Shown piece by piece: positions 37,791-51,188 of a stretch of 64,000 nt of DNA. Origin of the DNA: Octopus bimaculoides (lineage: Eukaryota). Position 1 is the stretch's first letter. Every line of letters starts with the position of its first letter. The notes beneath the pieces were generated by a model. It was not told the origin of the DNA. It saw only the letters and a list, made by a program, of their open reading frames with translations, and did not search any database. The translations under genes were made by a program, and so were the position numbers. The stretch covers positions 73,391,922 through 73,455,921 of the forward strand of contig NC_068983.1 in assembly GCF_001194135.2 (NCBI RefSeq), read 5' to 3'.

Positions 37791-39057
37791 TTCATTTCTT
37801 TTCCTGAAAACCTTAGCTTATCCAGATTGTCACTGAGACATTTACTCACAAAAACGAGTGCATCAATTATTATGGATATAAATGTGAATTTATAATCTGG
37901 ATATAGAAGGTGCAGGTTTCGAAGCAGTTATCTATAGTTATCCTTTTTCTTTTTGATTTTTCAGAGATATTCACGTCAGCAGGACAAATGATCGCTGTCT
38001 TTCCCAAACAACAATACTCGGCCTGTTATGCTTACATTTGACAGATGTTTTGATGGTATGTATGTATGTATGTATGTATGTATGTACGTATGTATGTATG
38101 TATGTATGTATGTATGTATGTATGTATGTATGTATGTATGTATGTGTGCGTGAGTGTGTATGTGTGTATGTGTGTATGTATGTTTGTATGTAAATTGCTA
38201 CTTATCCATATAAGTGGTAGTATAAGAAAATTGAAAATGCACAGCAGAGAATATATGAAGATTTATTTACATTTCAACATTCACACACACACACACACAC
38301 ACACACNNNNNNNNNNNNNNNNNNNNNNNNNNNNNNNNNNNNNNNNNNNNNNNNNNNNNNNNNNNNNNNNNNNNNNNNNNNNNNNNNNNNNNNNNNNNNN
38401 NNNNNNNNNNNNNNNNNNNNNNNNNNNNNNNNNNNNNNNNNNNNNNNNNNNNNNNNNNNNNNNNNNNNNNNNNNNNNNNNNNNNNNNNNNNNNNNNNNNN
38501 NNNNNNNNNNNNNNNNNNNNNNNNNNNNNNNNNNNNNNNNNNNNNNNNNNNNNNNNNNNNNNNNNNNNNNNNNNNNNNNNNNNNNNNNNNNNNNNNNNNN
38601 NNNNNNNNNNNNNNNNNNNNNNNNNNNNNNNNNNNNNNNNNNNNNNNNNNNNNNNNNNNNNNNNNNNNNNNNNNNNNNNNNNNNNNNNNNNNNNNNNNNN
38701 NNNNNNNNNNNNNNNNNNNNNNNNNNNNNNNNNNNNNNNNNNNNNNNNNNNNNNNNNNNNNNNNNNNNNNNNNNNNNNNNNNNNNNNNNNNNNNNNNNNN
38801 NNNNNNNNNNNNNNNNNNNNNNNNNNNNNNNNNNNNNNNNNNNNNNNNNNNNNNNNNNNNNNNNNNNNNNNNNNNNNNNNNNNNNNNNNNNNNNNNNNNN
38901 NNNNNNNNNNNNNNNNNNNNNNNNNNNNNNNNNNNNNNNNNNNNNNNNNNNNNNNNNNNNNNNNNNNNNNNNNNNNNNNNNNNNNNNNNNNNNNNNNNNN
39001 NNNNNNNNNNNNNNNNNNNNNNNNNNNNNNNNNNNNNNNNNNNNNNNNNNNNNNNNN

Positions 39058-39366
39058 TGCTTTTTTCTTTTTAAATTTGCTGTTTTACCCTAACCCTAAC
39101 CCTAACCCTAACCCTATCACCGATAGAATTGTTTCAGAATCGTTTGTTTATGTAGTCGGCACTTAATGTATATCGGCTGAATGGACGTCAGTGATTGGTT
39201 GAAATTACAGAAATACGACAACTTTAACATGGAATAACTTAGGGATTTCTTTTTTTTTTAAGAAGACTAAGAGAAAAAGATGTTTTATATGACACATTCT
39301 ACCAGTGTTCCAAGTTTCAAAGTGTTTCGTTAATGAAAAATGTGGCCCCCGTTTTAAAAAAGATCC
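39058..39366 (-). mobile_element. Young unclassified element carrying (CCCTAA)4, truncated by a gap
   Basis: Nearly identical reverse complement of 45431-45742; telomere-type repeats at 39088-39116; terminus AAAAAAGATCC. Confidence 0.85.
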
Positions 39367-39704
39367 CAAATCCGTACTCAATAGCATCAGTAACACTATT
39401 CACATCACCGTGGAATTTAGCCATATATTACCCTTCCTAGATATTTTGATGACACGAACATAGAAACTGACATCTACAACAAAGCAACGGACTCTAAAAC
39501 AGTTTTTCGTATGTTTTGGGAGGCATGTAGTAAATAGTATGTTTACTTCGTTCTGCCTCAAACATACCAAAACAAATATTCCCTTTAAATTAGCAAGAAG
39601 TATCAGAATAATTGTCTCTGATCCGGAAATTCAGAATAAAAGATGCCTGGAACTACCTGAAATAAAGTACCCGTCTACGCTAATAGAGAACAGAATAGAA
39701 TCCT

Positions 39705-40133
39705 TTCTACTCTAGGCACAAAATCTCGAAATTTTTGGGGAGGGGGCCAGTCGATTAAATTGACCCCAGTACGCAACTGGTACTTAATTTAACGACTCCA
39801 AAAGTAAAAAAGGTAAAGTCGGCCTCGGAGGAATTTGAACTCAGAACGTAAAGACGGACGAAATACTGCTAAGCATTTCACCCGGCGTGCTAACGTTTCT
39901 TATTGCTTTATTGCCCACAAGGGGCTAAACATTGAGGGGACAAACAAGAACAGACAAAGGGATTAAGTCGATTACATCGACCCCAGTGCGTAACTGATAC
40001 TTAATTTATCGACCCCGAAAGGATGAAAGGCAAAGTCGACCTCGGCGGAATTTGAACTCAGAACGTAACGGCAGACGAAATACCGCGAAGCATTTCACCC
40101 GGCGTGCTAACGTTTCTGCCAGCTCACCGCCTT
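39705..40133 (-). mobile_element. Nested family B SINEs (younger subfamily inserted in the tRNA head of an older copy)
   Basis: CATTTCACCCGGCGTGCTAACGTTTCT occurs twice (about 39874-39900 and 40091-40117), but only one terminal GCCAGCTCACCGCCTT is present. Confidence 0.75.
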
Positions 40134-41349
40134 AGAGGACAGAATAGACTGCCAAAGCAATAAACATTGAAGAATTACGAAAGGCCAAAAGCAGTTGAGA
40201 TATACCGAAAACTCTATCTTCAATTAAAACAGAAACATTCAGCCTGATCATTCAGAATATACTATTATTGATTCAAAGCCCAGGAATGTAAAAAGCAAAA
40301 TAATCAAATGCAGAATAACTACCCCCCCCCNNNNNNNNNNNNNNNNNNNNNNNNNNNNNNNNNNNNNNNNNNNNNNNNNNNNNNNNNNNCCCCCCCCCCA
40401 AAAAAAAAACCTACTTACCAACACAAAACTACCAACTATAGGCTCAACTCCGACTATTAAAAGTCTGGCCGCTCTAATCGCAGATGTCTTCCAACTTTGT
40501 TGAAAACACATCATATAAATTTAAATTGGGATAAGTTTTTACTGTGAAAAACCACTTTAATTATTCTTAAAAATATTTTAATATGTGATCAAATTCAATG
40601 GATGCAGCGAAGATTACATCAGACAAACCAAACTCACCTTACGAATGATATTAACAATTCATCAGTAACAAATACGAGATTCTAGGATCTCAGCAAACAT
40701 TTGGCCATATGTACAACAACCAAATTTCCCAAATTCCTAGTCTTCCCACGTTATCAATGTGCAGACAATACCACAGATCAAACACGACTGAATAAAAAAA
40801 AATTCGTTTATTGAAAAATTCAAACCACGATTGAACAGGCTATGATAACATCAATAATATACGATTCACCATTCACTATGAATACTATCCATGGATGTAT
40901 AAGAAATCCCTGCTGATGAAAGTGATTAATATTTCTCTTTATTAAGCTCATTAATTACACTTTAATTCAGAGGATAGGAAATTTCAGTTACCTTCACTTC
41001 ATTATCCCTAAATCCCCTTTTCATTTCCATATGTGTGTGTATGTATGTGTATGCGTGTGTGTGTGTTTGTGTGTCTGGGGTGCTCGGAAAGACAATGAAA
41101 GAAGACAGTAGGGCTATTACCAATCATTTAACCCTACTCAGCGCACATAACGTTAAGAAACCGATTTTGAATAATACACACGCACACACAAACAAAACCA
41201 ACAAAGAAAGCTCTATGTGATCGCTCGACTTGCTAGAAATAACAGCCTAATCTCCTTAAAAAAAACCTCTCTCCTATTTTAGAAATAGGAAATACACGTC
41301 AGCTAATGAAGCTCTTGACAAGCCATCTACCCTAACAAAACCATAAAAC

Positions 41350-41373
41350 GGAGAGAGAGAGAGAGGGAGGGGG

Positions 41374-41409
<36 letters not shown>

Positions 41410-41413
41410 GGGA

Positions 41414-41446
<33 letters not shown>

Positions 41447-41523
41447 GGAGNNNNNNNNNNNNNNNNNNNNNNNNNNNNNNNNNNNNNNNNNAGATAGATA
41501 GAGAGAGAGAGAGAGAGAGAGGA

Positions 41524-41567
<44 letters not shown>

Positions 41568-41653
41568 GAGAGAGGAGAAATAGATATATATATATAGAGA
41601 GAGAGAGAGAGGAGAGATAGATAGATAGAGAGAGAGAGAGGGAGGGGAGAAAT

Positions 41654-41696
<43 letters not shown>

Positions 41697-41708
41697 AGAG
41701 AGAGAGAT

Positions 41709-41741
<33 letters not shown>

Positions 41742-41762
41742 TATATATATAGAGAGAGAGGG
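41350..41762. repeat. Compound (GA)n/(GATA)n satellite
   Basis: Direct reading. Similar blocks occur at 36970-37105, 55086-55770 and 55880-56460. Confidence 0.95.
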
Positions 41763-42472
41763 GGTATTGTTACGGCTAATAAACATTAAACAGTCTGCTT
41801 CAGGAGTATATTAATTTGAATCTCTTAAATACAATTTAATTCTTTTACTTTCCACAATTTAATTTTTTTTTAAGTATATATACGCCGTCTCCAGAAAGCT
41901 AGAAAATTCCAGAAATCCAGGTCATCTCCGGTTCCAAGCTCGCCGGATATTTGGTCCGGTATAGAATATTGATGACAGGACAACACAACCAGAACAGAAC
42001 CTAGGGCTAAACAATTAAAACAACAAAAGAATCGTGTGACAAGCGGTTAATGCTGTCATGTAAGGGTATGTGTGTGTGTGTGTTTTTTTTTTTGGTAAAT
42101 AATTGATTCACAGCTTACGTAATCGACGTATGTTGTCCAGCTCTGAGGTCGTCATCTGACTGACAGCAGGAATTAAAAATACCGACTGAATGTGTTTGAT
42201 GTAGCTATGTTTGAAGTACGGCAGGATTTTGCTTGATACATTCAATGCATGGGAAATGTCTGCTGTTGTTTTCTCAGTCATCTTGCTTGTTAAACATTAG
42301 CAATTACTCTACACCATACAATAAATAAATGAATGAAAATATAAATAAATGAATGACAAAAGCCCATTTGTCTATCTATCTTTATATGCGCGTGTATGTG
42401 TGTGTATGTGTAGGTTTCTGTGTGTATCAATAGGTGTACATGTGTACATGCATACGTGTGTGTGTGTGTCTG

Positions 42473-42548
<76 letters not shown>

Positions 42549-42688
42549 GGCGTAGACATGACTGTGTGCTAAGAAGCAAGCTTCTCAGCCATGTGTTTTC
42601 AGGATCAGTCCCATTGGATGCACCTGAAACCGGACCGACCAAAGTATTGTGAGTATATTTGGTAGACAGAAACTGAAAGAAGCTCGTC
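42549..42688 (+). mobile_element. SINE family A head, degenerate
   Basis: GGCGTAGACATGACTGTGTGCTAAGAAGC...GGTAGACAGAAACTGAAAGAAGC. Confidence 0.7.
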
Positions 42689-43585
42689 ATATATATATAT
42701 GTATATATATATNNNNNNNNNNNNNNNNNNNNNNNNNNNNNNNNNNNNNNNNNNNNNNNNNNNNNNNNNNNNNNNNNNNNNNNNNNNNNNNNNNNNNNNN
42801 NNNNNNNNNNNNNNNNNNNNNNNNNNNNNNNNNNNNNNNNNNNNNNNNNNNNNNNNNNNNNNNNNNNNNNNNNNNNNNNNNNNNNNNNNNNNNNNNNNNN
42901 NNNNNNNNNNNNNNNNNNNNNNNNNNNNNNNNNNNNNNNNNNNNNNNNNNNNNNNNNNNNNNNNNNNNNNNNNNNNNNNNNNNNNNNNNNNNNNNNNNNN
43001 NNNNNNNNNNNNNNNNNNNNNNNNNNNNNNNNNNNNNNNNNNNNNNNNNNNNNNNNNNNNNNNNNNNNNNNNNNNNNNNNNNNNNNNNNNNNNNNNNNNN
43101 NNNNNNNNNNNNNNNNNNNNNNNNNNNNNNNNNNNNNNNNNNNNNNNNNNNNNNNNNNNNNNNNNNNNNNNNNNNNNNNNNNNNNNNNNNNNNNNNNNNN
43201 NNNNNNNNNNNNNNNNNNNNNNNNNNNNNNNNNNNNNNNNNNNNNNNNNNNNNNNNNNNNNNNNNNNNNNNNNNNNNNNNNNNNNNNNNNNNNNNNNNNN
43301 NNNNNNNNNNNNNNNNNNNNNNNNNNNNNNNNNNNNNNNNNNNNNNNNNNNNNNNNNNNNNNNNNNNNNNNNNNNNNNNNNNNNNNNNNNNNNNNNNNNN
43401 NNNNNNNNNNNNNNNNNNNNNNNNNNNNNNNNNNNNNNNNNNNNNNNNNNNNNNNNNNNNNNNNNNNNNNNNNNNNNNNNNNNNNNNNNNNNNNNNNNNN
43501 NNNNNNNNNNNNNNNNNNNNNNNNNNNNNNNNNNNNNNNNNNNNNNNNNNNNNNNNNNNNNNNNNNNNNNNNNNNNNNNNNNNCA

Positions 43586-43632
<47 letters not shown>

Positions 43633-44179
43633 GAGTGAGAGAGCAGGGCATGCCATCAAAGTGACACTGGGTAAAATATACGAAGCCCAATATACCCATC
43701 ATGACTACCCGTCTGATAAGGGTACACCAGGCACATGTATCACAACCATATGTGCGCGACATAGTGGTCTCTTATCAAGATAAAGAGCACATGGCCTTGC
43801 AGGTGGGGCCCAGTTAGAATTTTCTTCAGGTCGAGTAGCCCATCCCACTCAAAAGGTCCTTGAATAAAGGTTGTTTGAAGATGTCGAACGAAATACCTAT
43901 GTTTCCAAAGGTGAATTATTCAAACCCCAAATGATTCCTCTCAACACATGGCTATGATGCTCCCCCACTACTTCTGCTCATGATCAGAGATGCACATATC
44001 TTCAGTCACTAAGGGACATGCTCAACTGTTTAAGGTCAAACAACTGACAAACAAATCTGTGGTATTGAGCAGAATATTTGTTGTAGCCCATCTTTTATGC
44101 CAAGACAAAACAATGTACATGATAACACTTACAATCAGTTAAGATAAGAAGCCATGCGAACCACTGTCTTGTACTATCG
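43633..44179. mobile_element. ~550-bp non-coding element inserted within (TTA)n
   Basis: Unique-looking block bounded on both sides by (TTA)n arrays, with no ORF. I recall it as a high-copy octopus repeat (not verified). Confidence 0.5.
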
Positions 44180-45124
44180 TTATTATTATTATTATTATTT
44201 ATTTATTATTATCATTTATTTATTTATTATTATTATTATTATTCAGGTCACTGTCTGGAATTGAACTCGGAATCTTGGGGTTAGTAGCCCGCGCTCTTAA
44301 CCACTACGTCAAATGTAAATAATGTGAATAATGTACATTATTCCTCATTTCTTAAATATATAGAAGTGTATCAACCTTCATGTTTCAATTTTCCTTTTGC
44401 GCATAACAAGAAGTTAATTTCTCTTGCTTTTCCTTGCATGTATAAATATCAGTCTCCCTCAGTTACGTCCTAACGTCTTGAAAACGAAATGAAAGTACAT
44501 GTACGATAATTAGGACATGTAGGATAATTATTCCTACATTCACCATGTTTGATAAAAAAAAATTAGAGAACATATTTCATCATAATTGTGGGGTTAAACG
44601 ACAAAGTGTTCGCGTAATATTAATGCCCATTCATAACTTCATTTACATCTAGGGCGATTTATAGGAATATTAAATCATCCCGAGGAGTTGATTGGTTTTT
44701 TTTTTTTATCTAATTGACCCCACAAAGAAGAAAGGCTAAGTCGGCCTTAGTAGGATTAGAACTTAGAATGTAAAAAGAGTTGTGAACAAACGCTGCAGTC
44801 ATTTCGTTCATTGCGTTGCCGATTCTAACACTAATGATTTTTGACATCATCCAGGACCATGAATATCAATAACAATCTTAACAGGTTTTTACATGGTCGC
44901 TCCAACTGCTTGAAACAGCAGCCGTATAGCCCTAAAATTATACCCTACCGTTTGAAAGGGTTAAAAGAGTATGTATTGAACAAAATATTTCGGAGTACAT
45001 TATGCATTAAACAGACGGAATGGTCAGGGCTTAAATGCTTTTCATTATGGATGCACACCAATCAGAGTCGAGTTAGAGATTAATCACAATAAATCAAAAT
45101 TGATTTATCATTGACTGAAAATAT

Positions 45125-45405
45125 TGGTTTCAAATTTTGGCAGAAGACCAGCAAATTCGGGGAAGGTGATAAGTCAATTACATCGACCGCAGTACTCAAC
45201 TGGTACTTATTCTATCGATCCAGAGAGGATAAAAGGCAAAGTCGACCTCGGTAGAATTTGAACTCAGAACATGAAGACATACGAAAATGCCGCTTAGCAT
45301 TTCGCCCGACGTGCTAACGATTCTACCAGCTTATCGTTATATTTTGGCACAATATCAGCAATTTCGGTGGAGAGAGAAAGTCGACTACATCGACCCCATC
45401 GCAAG
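45125..45405 (-). mobile_element. SINE family B plus a partial second copy
   Basis: Reverse-complement similarity to 14090-14298. Confidence 0.75.
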
Positions 45406-45430
45406 CCTTATGGCGTTTATTCCGACTCTT

Positions 45431-45742
45431 GGATCTTTTTTAAAACGGGGGCCACATTTTTCATTAACGAAACACTTTGAAACTTGGAACACTGGTAGAA
45501 TATGTCATATAAAACATCTTTTTCTCTTAGTCTTCTTTTAAAAAAAAGAAATCCCTAAGTTATTCCATGTTAAAGTTGTCGTATTTCTGTAATTTCAACC
45601 AATCACTGACGTCCATTCAGCCGATATACATTAAGTGCCGACTACATAAACAAACGATTCTGAAACAATTCTATCGGTGATAGGGTTAGGGTTAGGGTTA
45701 GGGTTAGGGTAAAACAGCAAATTTAAAAAGAAAAAAGCAAAA
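45431..45742 (+). mobile_element. Young unclassified element carrying (TTAGGG)4, truncated by a gap
   Basis: Starts GGATCTTTTTTAAAACGGGG; repeats at 45681-45709; inverted twin of 39058-39366. Confidence 0.85.
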
Positions 45743-46557
45743 NNNNNNNNNNNNNNNNNNNNNNNNNNNNNNNNNNNNNNNNNNNNNNNNNNNNNNNNNN
45801 NNNNNNNNNNNNNNNNNNNNNNNNNNNNNNNNNNNNNNNNNNNNNNNNNNNNNNNNNNNNNNNNNNNNNNNNNNNNNNNNNNNNNNNNNNNNNNNNNNNN
45901 NNNNNNNNNNNNNNNNNNNNNNNNNNNNNNNNNNNNNNNNNNNNNNNNNNNNNNNNNNNNNNNNNNNNNNNNNNNNNNNNNNNNNNNNNNNNNNNNNNNN
46001 NNNNNNNNNNNNNNNNNNNNNNNNNNNNNNNNNNNNNNNNNNNNNNNNNNNNNNNNNNNNNNNNNNNNNNNNNNNNNNNNNNNNNNNNNNNNNNNNNNNN
46101 NNNNNNNNNNNNNNNNNNNNNNNNNNNNNNNNNNNNNNNNNNNNNNNNNNNNNNNNNNNNNNNNNNNNNNNNNNNNNNNNNNNNNNNNNNNNNNNNNNNN
46201 NNNNNNNNNNNNNNNNNNNNNNNNNNNNNNNNNNNNNNNNNNNNNNNNNNNNNNNNNNNNNNNNNNNNNNNNNNNNNNNNNNNNNNNNNNNNNNNNNNNN
46301 NNNNNNNNNNNNNNNNNNNNNNNNNNNNNNNNNNNNNNNNNNNNNNNNNNNNNNNNNNNNNNNNNNNNNNNNNNNNNNNNNNNNNNNNNNNNNNNNNNNN
46401 NNNNNNNNNNNNNNNNNNNNNNNNNNNNNNNNNNNNNNNNNNNNNNNNNNNNNNNNNNNNNNNNNNNNNNNNNNNNNNNNNNNNNNNNNNNNNNNNNNNN
46501 NNNNNNNNNNNNNNNNNNNNNNNNNNNNNNNNNNNNNNNNNNNNNNNNNNNNNNNNN

Positions 46558-46604
<47 letters not shown>

Positions 46605-47191
46605 ATGCACATAAACGTATATGTATATTATGAAAGTATTCAAAATGATAAATGTGTTTCAAGTTGTCCAATGCTGGCTTGTATCGGAACTGTTAACATC
46701 AAAGCGGAATTAATCCACAGTGTTTGACGATAGATTTGTGTCAGCTTAACGAAGTCTGACTACGCATTGGCTCTCTAATAACTTGCTAACATAACAGATC
46801 TAATCTAACGTCGGAGATTCGTCTTGGACCGCATCTTCGTTTGACCGAGTGCTGTACTCCACCGGCTCTTGATGTTAATGTTAGCTAGCCTCTAGTCGAA
46901 ACTGTATGATTGACAGGCAGTAACTTCAAGCAGACAGATATGCAGACCAAAAAGACAAGTAAGACAAGTGGCGTGACAATTAAACTGAGTAAGCAAGTAA
47001 CTAGAGAGCTGATATACAGACGAGATAAAGGAGAAAGAGATATCTAATAGACACGTTCATGGAAGAGATATTTTGGTGAGACCACCCCCACGAATATGGT
47101 ATCGTCATGTGAGGACTTCAATTTAATTGAGGAAGAGATTCTCGTAGAAAATGTCTGCAGGAAAATTTGCCAAATTTACTGTACATTGAAG

Positions 47192-47250
47192 CAGCGGTTC
47201 CAACGTCTTTTGCACCACAGACCGGTATCACGCAAGAGAAATTTTCCAAA
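47192..47250 (+). mobile_element. hAT (Charlie-like) terminal fragment
   Basis: CAGCGGTTCCAAC.TCTTTTGCACCACAGACCGGT...AATTTTCCA resembles CAGCGGTCCCCAACCTTTTTGGCACCAGGGACCGG-type hAT ends. Confidence 0.45.
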
Positions 47251-48104
47251 AGACTAGAGCATCACGCGCATAACAAAATACTATAAAATGCATAATATAT
47301 AATGATTATTACATATGTAATTTGTATCTATTATTATTATAATTACTATTAAGATCGCAGTCAAATGACTGAAACAAGTAAAAGACACACAAACACACAC
47401 ACACACACATATACATGTACAGAAAAATGCAAAAGCACTGCGCAAACTTCAATAAATAATAACATAGAAATAAAATAAAATAATCCGCTGTCCGATGGAG
47501 GGGATGGGAGAGGCTTGCATTAAAAACATTTTCGCGTGAAGCCAGGCTCAATGTTCTTCATTTGTTTTCGGAAACTCTACCTATAGAGGCGTGGGATAAT
47601 ATATATGGTAATATGATAATTACAGGCAAAGTCAGCTTCAATAAACACGATATCTTAAAATCAGTTATCAATAGAAATCCATTTGCATAAGTTAAGAGAC
47701 TATGTAATAAGTTGTTTACAAGGCAGCAGCAAGACTTTTCGAATAGGGTATCAGTACAAATTGGCATAAATTAGTAACGTCATTTGAGTTAAAGACAACT
47801 AATCAATTCCAAAGTAGGCTTATTAGTTTCAGCAATATGGTCTGTAGCATGATAGAATGAGGAGTATAAATAATATGTGGCATTTTGTTGCATCTCTTCT
47901 ATATTCTGAGTCTTACCAAGATTATGTTGCTTTTGTTTTTCGTCTTTCTCGGATCGGATCGGATCGGTTGGTAAACAACTGTTCCCTTTACAATATTTTA
48001 TGGCCTTGTACTAGTGTTAGAAATTAAATATAGTAATGTACTAAAACTAATAAGACTTAATACTAATAGACTTATAAACAAGACTAATACTAACTGTCCC
48101 ATGT

Positions 48105-48365
48105 TCAAAGACTCAAAGTTGTTTTTGTGGCGTCATGATTTTTTCTTTTTTTCATTTTGGTTTCGTTGGGAATCCTTACCGTGAAGTAATTCTTTAAAAA
48201 GTAATTGCTTTGGAAATCGGAAATCATCAACAAGACCAGTGACATGACCAACCTGTTTCATATAGTGCTTGATGAGGTGAGCTTTCATGCTTGAGGCAGC
48301 CTACCTTTTATTACACTTCTGTATCAGGTGTGAAAGATTCCTTCCGTCTATGTCTTTTTGGTATG
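48105..48365 (-). mobile_element. RTE-clade LINE remnant (RT C-terminal region)
   Basis: Minus-strand translation MKAHLIKHYMKQVGHVTGLVDDFRFPKQLLFKELLHGK..EKRKNHDATKTTL matches the RTE GHV.RM.D.R.PKQLL.GEL..GKR pattern. Confidence 0.65.
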
Positions 48366-48483
48366 CTACACTAATACAGAGAACAGTAATAAAGAAACAA
48401 TTTACTTTGTTTGACTGAAAATGTATCTGATAGAGCAGCGTTTATGCTTACATACATATGTACACACATGCATAAATACATAC

Positions 48484-48524
<41 letters not shown>

Positions 48525-49342
48525 AAATGTACTTTAAGGTAAATCTTTGGCTTGGCTACTTTTTCTAGCAGATCGACCTTCTCTATAGACACTTATTCCT
48601 GGTGCCAAGTTTCAACAATAAAATGTGGTTTGTGAAGTAATTAACTTCTTTGTTAATTACCATTTGTTTTAAAATAGATTATTATATTCTTCCAATATCT
48701 TTAGAACATTGACATCAAAGTTAGTCGGCAATAAAATAACTATTTTTTTCTTCTTTCAACGACAAATCTTTTGAAGGAAATTTTTTTTTTTTATCAACCA
48801 ACACCGAATGAACCCTTCCATTACAATGCCTTTACTAGAAACGTTGCTCTATTAAAATAAAAATCTTTAGTCTTGGTTTGATTTATGTTTTCTCGCTTTT
48901 GAAATCGCTCAATATTTACAGACTGCATATTTCCTACGTAAAATTTATGTTTAGAAGATAATCTTGACACCGTAGTTATCAGCGCAAAAGTAAGAATAAC
49001 ATTGGTTATGGACTAATATTTTTTTCCTCTCTCACTGCATATTTAGTTCTCGATAGCCTTTTGATGTTCCTTTTATTAACCTTTTTGTTAACCTATTTCT
49101 ATTGAAATACACCACTTTTGTTTCAACTGATTTTGAAAATATTGTTGAATTTAGCGAAATAACTGTAATTAGCTGGTGTTAGGGACATAGATTAACATGA
49201 AATTTTGCTGAAAGATTTTAATTTCAGAGGTGTACTTGCCAGGCAGGTGATCCGATGTGAGACTGTGCTGAAACTAAAACGATTGTAGCGTGGCAGACAC
49301 ACATTAGACTTTCAAAGACTGTTAACTTCACTAAAACTTTAA

Positions 49343-49635
49343 CTAAGCGATTCGGCAAAAGATCGATAGAATATGTACTAGGCTTAAAAAAATAAGCCCT
49401 GGGGTCGAATTCTTCGACTAAAACCTCTCAAGGCGGTACCCCAGCATGGCCACAGTCTAATAACTAAAACAAATAAAAGATAATATGTACACACACATAT
49501 ATTATCTGAAGTGTACAGTATTATATACCCATCACGGCTATATATATATACGACAGGCTTTTTTCAGTTTCTGTCTACCAAATCCACTCACAGGCTTTGG
49601 TCGGCCCGTGGCTGTAGTAGAAGTCACTTGTCAAA
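49343..49635. mobile_element. Two family A SINE fragments in opposite orientation
   Basis: 49343-49480 is a 3' half on the plus strand; 49551-49635 is a 5' part on the minus strand. Confidence 0.7.
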
Positions 49636-51055
49636 TTATCCATTGTACTTAATAATAACTGTTTAAGTGAAGTTTACATCCTTTGTGTGTTCTTGAATGA
49701 CTAGTATCTTCCGTGCTGCAATAGTTTTAATTTAAATCGTTTTAAAAAGAGGAAGTTTGTACCACAGGACTAAGGACGGTTCCAGGTAAAGTTACCCTCT
49801 CGAGTCACGCCGACTCATAAGGGCTGGTTTCCATGGCGTATAAATTACTCATTTTTGCCAGCTGAGTGGACTGGAACAATGCGTTTTGCTAGGAATCGAA
49901 ACCACAATTTTACGATCATGAGTCCAACAACCTAACCACTAATCCACGCCCCTCCACAGACGATTTTCAGTTGGATTGGTATCTAAAGGGTCAAATAAGT
50001 AAACAGTAAATTACCTATAATTAAGATACCTATTTTCCTTCTCTACCTATTATTGAGATACCTACTTTCCTTCTCACAGAAATTGATGTTATGTAAAACT
50101 CCTCCTATTATTTTGCGTGTCTCGTTTAGAAAGCCCCCAACTTAAAATGGTTGATGAAACCATTCATTTTTACAAAACTCCGGGGCGTTTATATTACTAC
50201 ATATGCATATCCCAGTGTACTGGTGAGAGTGAATGATTGACAGCTGATAGTTAGAGCACAAGGGCTGTAAGTGTTGTATATGTTAGTCACTTTCAACAAT
50301 TTTAGTAATGGTTGAGTGTGTTTGTATGTATGTACATGAGTACGTATGTATGTAGTATATGGAAAAATACGAGCAAGAGAAATAATATTCTTAAGGTTAT
50401 AAACCTGGAAAATTACAGGACAAGTTATTTACCTTAGAAAAGTTCAGGACAACTTGAAGCTAAGATAAATATATTTTGCTTTTAAAAATAATTAAAAAAA
50501 GTTATTTAGATCTAATCTTGATTGGTGCGTTACTCTCCTATAACGATGCTACAAATTTTGATGTAAACTTTTTTCTACTGGATCAAATCTCATTTTTTTA
50601 ATGCCAAAATGTAGCTAGGGACTAGTCCTCTTCAAAAATGTTAAGTTTTCAATTTGGCTTAGAAATGAATTAGTGACAAGCTCTAAAAGATGCTGCGTGT
50701 GAGTAAATTGCGGCCTTAAGAATAATATTCGACTCCTACCGTAGTTGAATGATGTATGTATGTGTGTGTGAGTGTGTCTGGCTTGAAAATAGCCGAACAT
50801 GCGATAGGTTGTACAGAGTTACATGTTACCAGTAGCAATAAGACTCGACGGCCATCCAATGAGAAACCCTAGTCTTCATTTAGACATCCTTCTAGGAGAA
50901 GAAAAACTCTGCGATTTGATTTGTATTCAATGATGCACACTAATTCTTTTTGGGCAAATGCATCGGTTATAGAGTTGGATTCGCTCTGTGAAAGGTATCT
51001 CTTCTCTTTAAAATGCTCCAGACACAGATATCCCATCGTATACACACATACACAC

Positions 51056-51164
<109 letters not shown>

Positions 51165-51188
51165 AAATCGAATACATATACACAAGCT

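Noticed and set aside
39088-45709. Inverted TTAGGG arrays as a telomere-fusion scar or true telomere
   Set aside because: There are only four units each, embedded at the same position within a shared ~310-bp element.
46680-47100. LTR plus PBS-like TTTTGGTGAGACC
   Set aside because: No second LTR, TSD or clear termini; a single short motif is insufficient.
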